This document shows positions 42,001 through 45,000 of a stretch of 64,000 nt of DNA, piece by piece (the stretch's first letter is position 1; the number at the start of each line of letters is the position of its first letter). Source of the stretch: Eledone cirrhosa (taxonomy: Eukaryota); assembly GCA_964016885.1 (NCBI GenBank), contig OZ024740.1:430032001-430096000 (forward strand), given 5' to 3'. The notes below the pieces were generated by a model, which saw only the letters and a program-made list of their open reading frames with translations, ran no database searches and had not been told where the DNA came from. The translations under genes were made by a program, and so were the position numbers.

Positions 42001-45000
42001 TGAGACAGGAGTTTCTGACATTAATGTCTACCACCAAAGTCACCTTGGTGTAGGTGGTGCCAGATACATAATAACATATGGAGGAGGTGAGACAGGAGTT
42101 TCTGACAGTAATGTCTACCACCAAAGTTACCTTGTTGTAGGTGGTGCCAGATACATAATAACATGTGGAGGAGGTGAGACAGGAGTTTCTGACAGTAATG
42201 TCTACCACCAAAGTTACCTTGGTGTAGGTGGTGCCAGATGTACAACAACATGTGGAGGAGGTGAGACAGGAGTTTCTGACAGTAATGTCTACCACCAAAG
42301 TTACCTTGGTGTAGGTGGTGCCAGATACACAATAACATGTGGAGGAGGGGAGACAGGAGTTTCTGACTGTAATGTCTACCACCAAAGTTACCTTGGTGTA
42401 GATGGTGCCAGATACACAATAACATGTGGAGGAGGTGAGACAGGAGTTTCTGACAGTAATGTCTACCACCAAAGTTACCTTGGTGTAGGTGGTGCCAGAT
42501 GTACAACAACATGTGGAGGAGGTGAGACAGGAGTTTCTGACAGTAATGTCTACCACCAAAGTTACCTTGGTGTAGGTGGTGCCAGATACACAATAACATG
42601 TGGAGGAGGTGAGACAGGAGTTTCTGACAGTAATATCTACCACCAAAGTTACCTTGGTGTAGGTGGTGCTTGATGTACAACAACATGTGGAGGAGGTGAG
42701 ACAGGAGTTTCTGACAGTAATGTCTACCACCAAAGTTACCTTGGTGTAGGTGGTGCCAGATACACAATAACATGTGGAGGAGGTGAGACAGGAGTTTCTT
42801 ACAGTAATGTCTACCACCAAAGTTACCTTGGTGTAGGTGGTGCCAGATACACAATAACATGTGGAGGAGGTGAGACAGGAGTTTCTGACAGTAATGTCTA
42901 CCACCAAAGTTACCTTGGTGTAGGTGGTGCCAGATGTACAATAACATGTGGAGGAGGTGAGACAGGAGTTTCTGACAGTAATGTCTACCACCAAAGTTAC
43001 CTTGGTGTAGGTGGTGTCAGATACACAATAACATGTGGAAGGGGTGAGACAGGAGTTTCTGACAGTAATGTCTACCACCAAAGTTACCTTGGTGTAGGTG
43101 GTGCCAGATACACAATAACATGTGGAGGAGGTGAGACAGGAGTTTCTGACAGTAATGTCTACCACCAAAGTTACCATGGTGTAGGTGGTGCCAGATGTAC
43201 AACAAGATATGGAGGAGGTGAGACAGGAGTTTCTGACAGTAATGTCTACCACCAAAGTTACCTTGGTGTAGGTGGTGCCAGATACACAATAACATGTGGA
43301 GGAGGTGAGACAGGAGTTTCTGACAGTAATATCTACCACCAAAGTTACCTTGGTGTAGGTGGTGCCAGATGTACAACAACATGTGAAGGACGTGAGACAG
43401 GAGTTTCTGACAGTAATGTCTACCACCAAAGTTACCTTGGTGTAGGTGGTGCCAGATACACAATAACATGTGGAGGAGGTGAGACAGGAGTTTCTGACAG
43501 TAATGACTACCACCAAAGTTACCTTGGTGTAGGTGGTGCCAGATGTACAATAACATATGGAGGAGGTGAGACAGGTGTTTCTGACAGTAATGTCTACCAC
43601 CAAAGTTACCTTGGTGTAGGTGGTGCCAGATACACAATAACATGTGGAGGAGGTGGGGCAGGAGTTGCTGACAGTAATGTCTACCACCAAAGTTACCTTG
43701 GTGTAGGTGGTGCCAGATACATAAAAACAAGTGGAGGAGGTGAGACAGGAGTTTCTGACAGTAATGTCTACCACCAAAGTTACCTTGGTGTAGGTGGTGC
43801 CAGATGTACAATAATATGTGGAGGAGGTGAGACAGGAGTTTCTGACAGTAATGTCTACCACCAAAGTTACCTTGGTGTAGGTGGTGCCAGATACACAATA
43901 ACATGTGGAGGAGGTGAGACAGGAGTTTCTGACAGTAATGTCTACCTCCAAAGTTACCTTGATGTAGGTGGTGCCAGATGTACAATAACATATGGAGGAG
44001 GTGAGACAGGAGTCTCTGACAGTAATGTCTACCACCAAAGTTACCTTGGTGTAGGTGGTGCCAGATACATAATAACATGTGGAGGAGGTGAGACAGGAGT
44101 TTCTGACAGTAATGTCTACCACCAAAGTTACCTTGGTGTAGGTGGTGCCAGATACACAATAACATATGGAGGAGGTGAGACAGGAGTTTCTGACAGTAAT
44201 ATCTACCACCAAAGTTACCTTGGTGTAGGTGGTGCCAGATGTACAACAACATGTGGAGGAGGTGAGACAGGAGTTTCTGACAGTAATGTCTACCACCAAA
44301 GTTACCTTGGTGTAGGTGGTGCCAGACACACAATAACATGTGGAGGAGGTGAGACAGGAGTTTCTGACTGTAATGTCTACCACCAAAGTTACCTTGGTGT
44401 AGGTGGTGCCAGATACACAATAACAAGTGGAGGAGGTGAGACAGGAGTTTCTGACAGTAATGTCTACCACCAAAGTTACCTTGGTGTAGGTGGTGCCAGA
44501 TGTACAATAATATGTGGAGGAGGTGAGACAGGAGTTTCTGACAGTAATGTCTACCACCAAAGTTACCTTGGTGTAGGTGGTGCCAGATGTACAATAACAT
44601 ATGGAGGAGGTGAGACAGGAGTTTCTGACAGTAATGTCTACCACCAAAGTTACCTTGGTGTAGGTGGTGCCAGATGTACAATAACATATGGAGGAGGTGA
44701 GACAGGAGTCTCTGACAGTAATGTCTACCACCAAAGTTACCTTGGTGTAGGTGGTGCCAGATACATAATAACATGTGGAGGAGGTGAGACAGGAGTTTCT
44801 GACAGTAATGTCTACCACCAAAGTTACCTTGGTGTAGGTGGTGCCAGATACATAATAACATGTGGAGGAGGTGAGACAGGAGTTTCTGACAGTGATGTCT
44901 ACCACCAAAGTTACCTTGGTGTAGGTGGTGCCAGATACATAATAACATGTGGAGGAGGTGAGACAGGAGTTTCTGACTGTAATGTCTACCACCAAAGTTA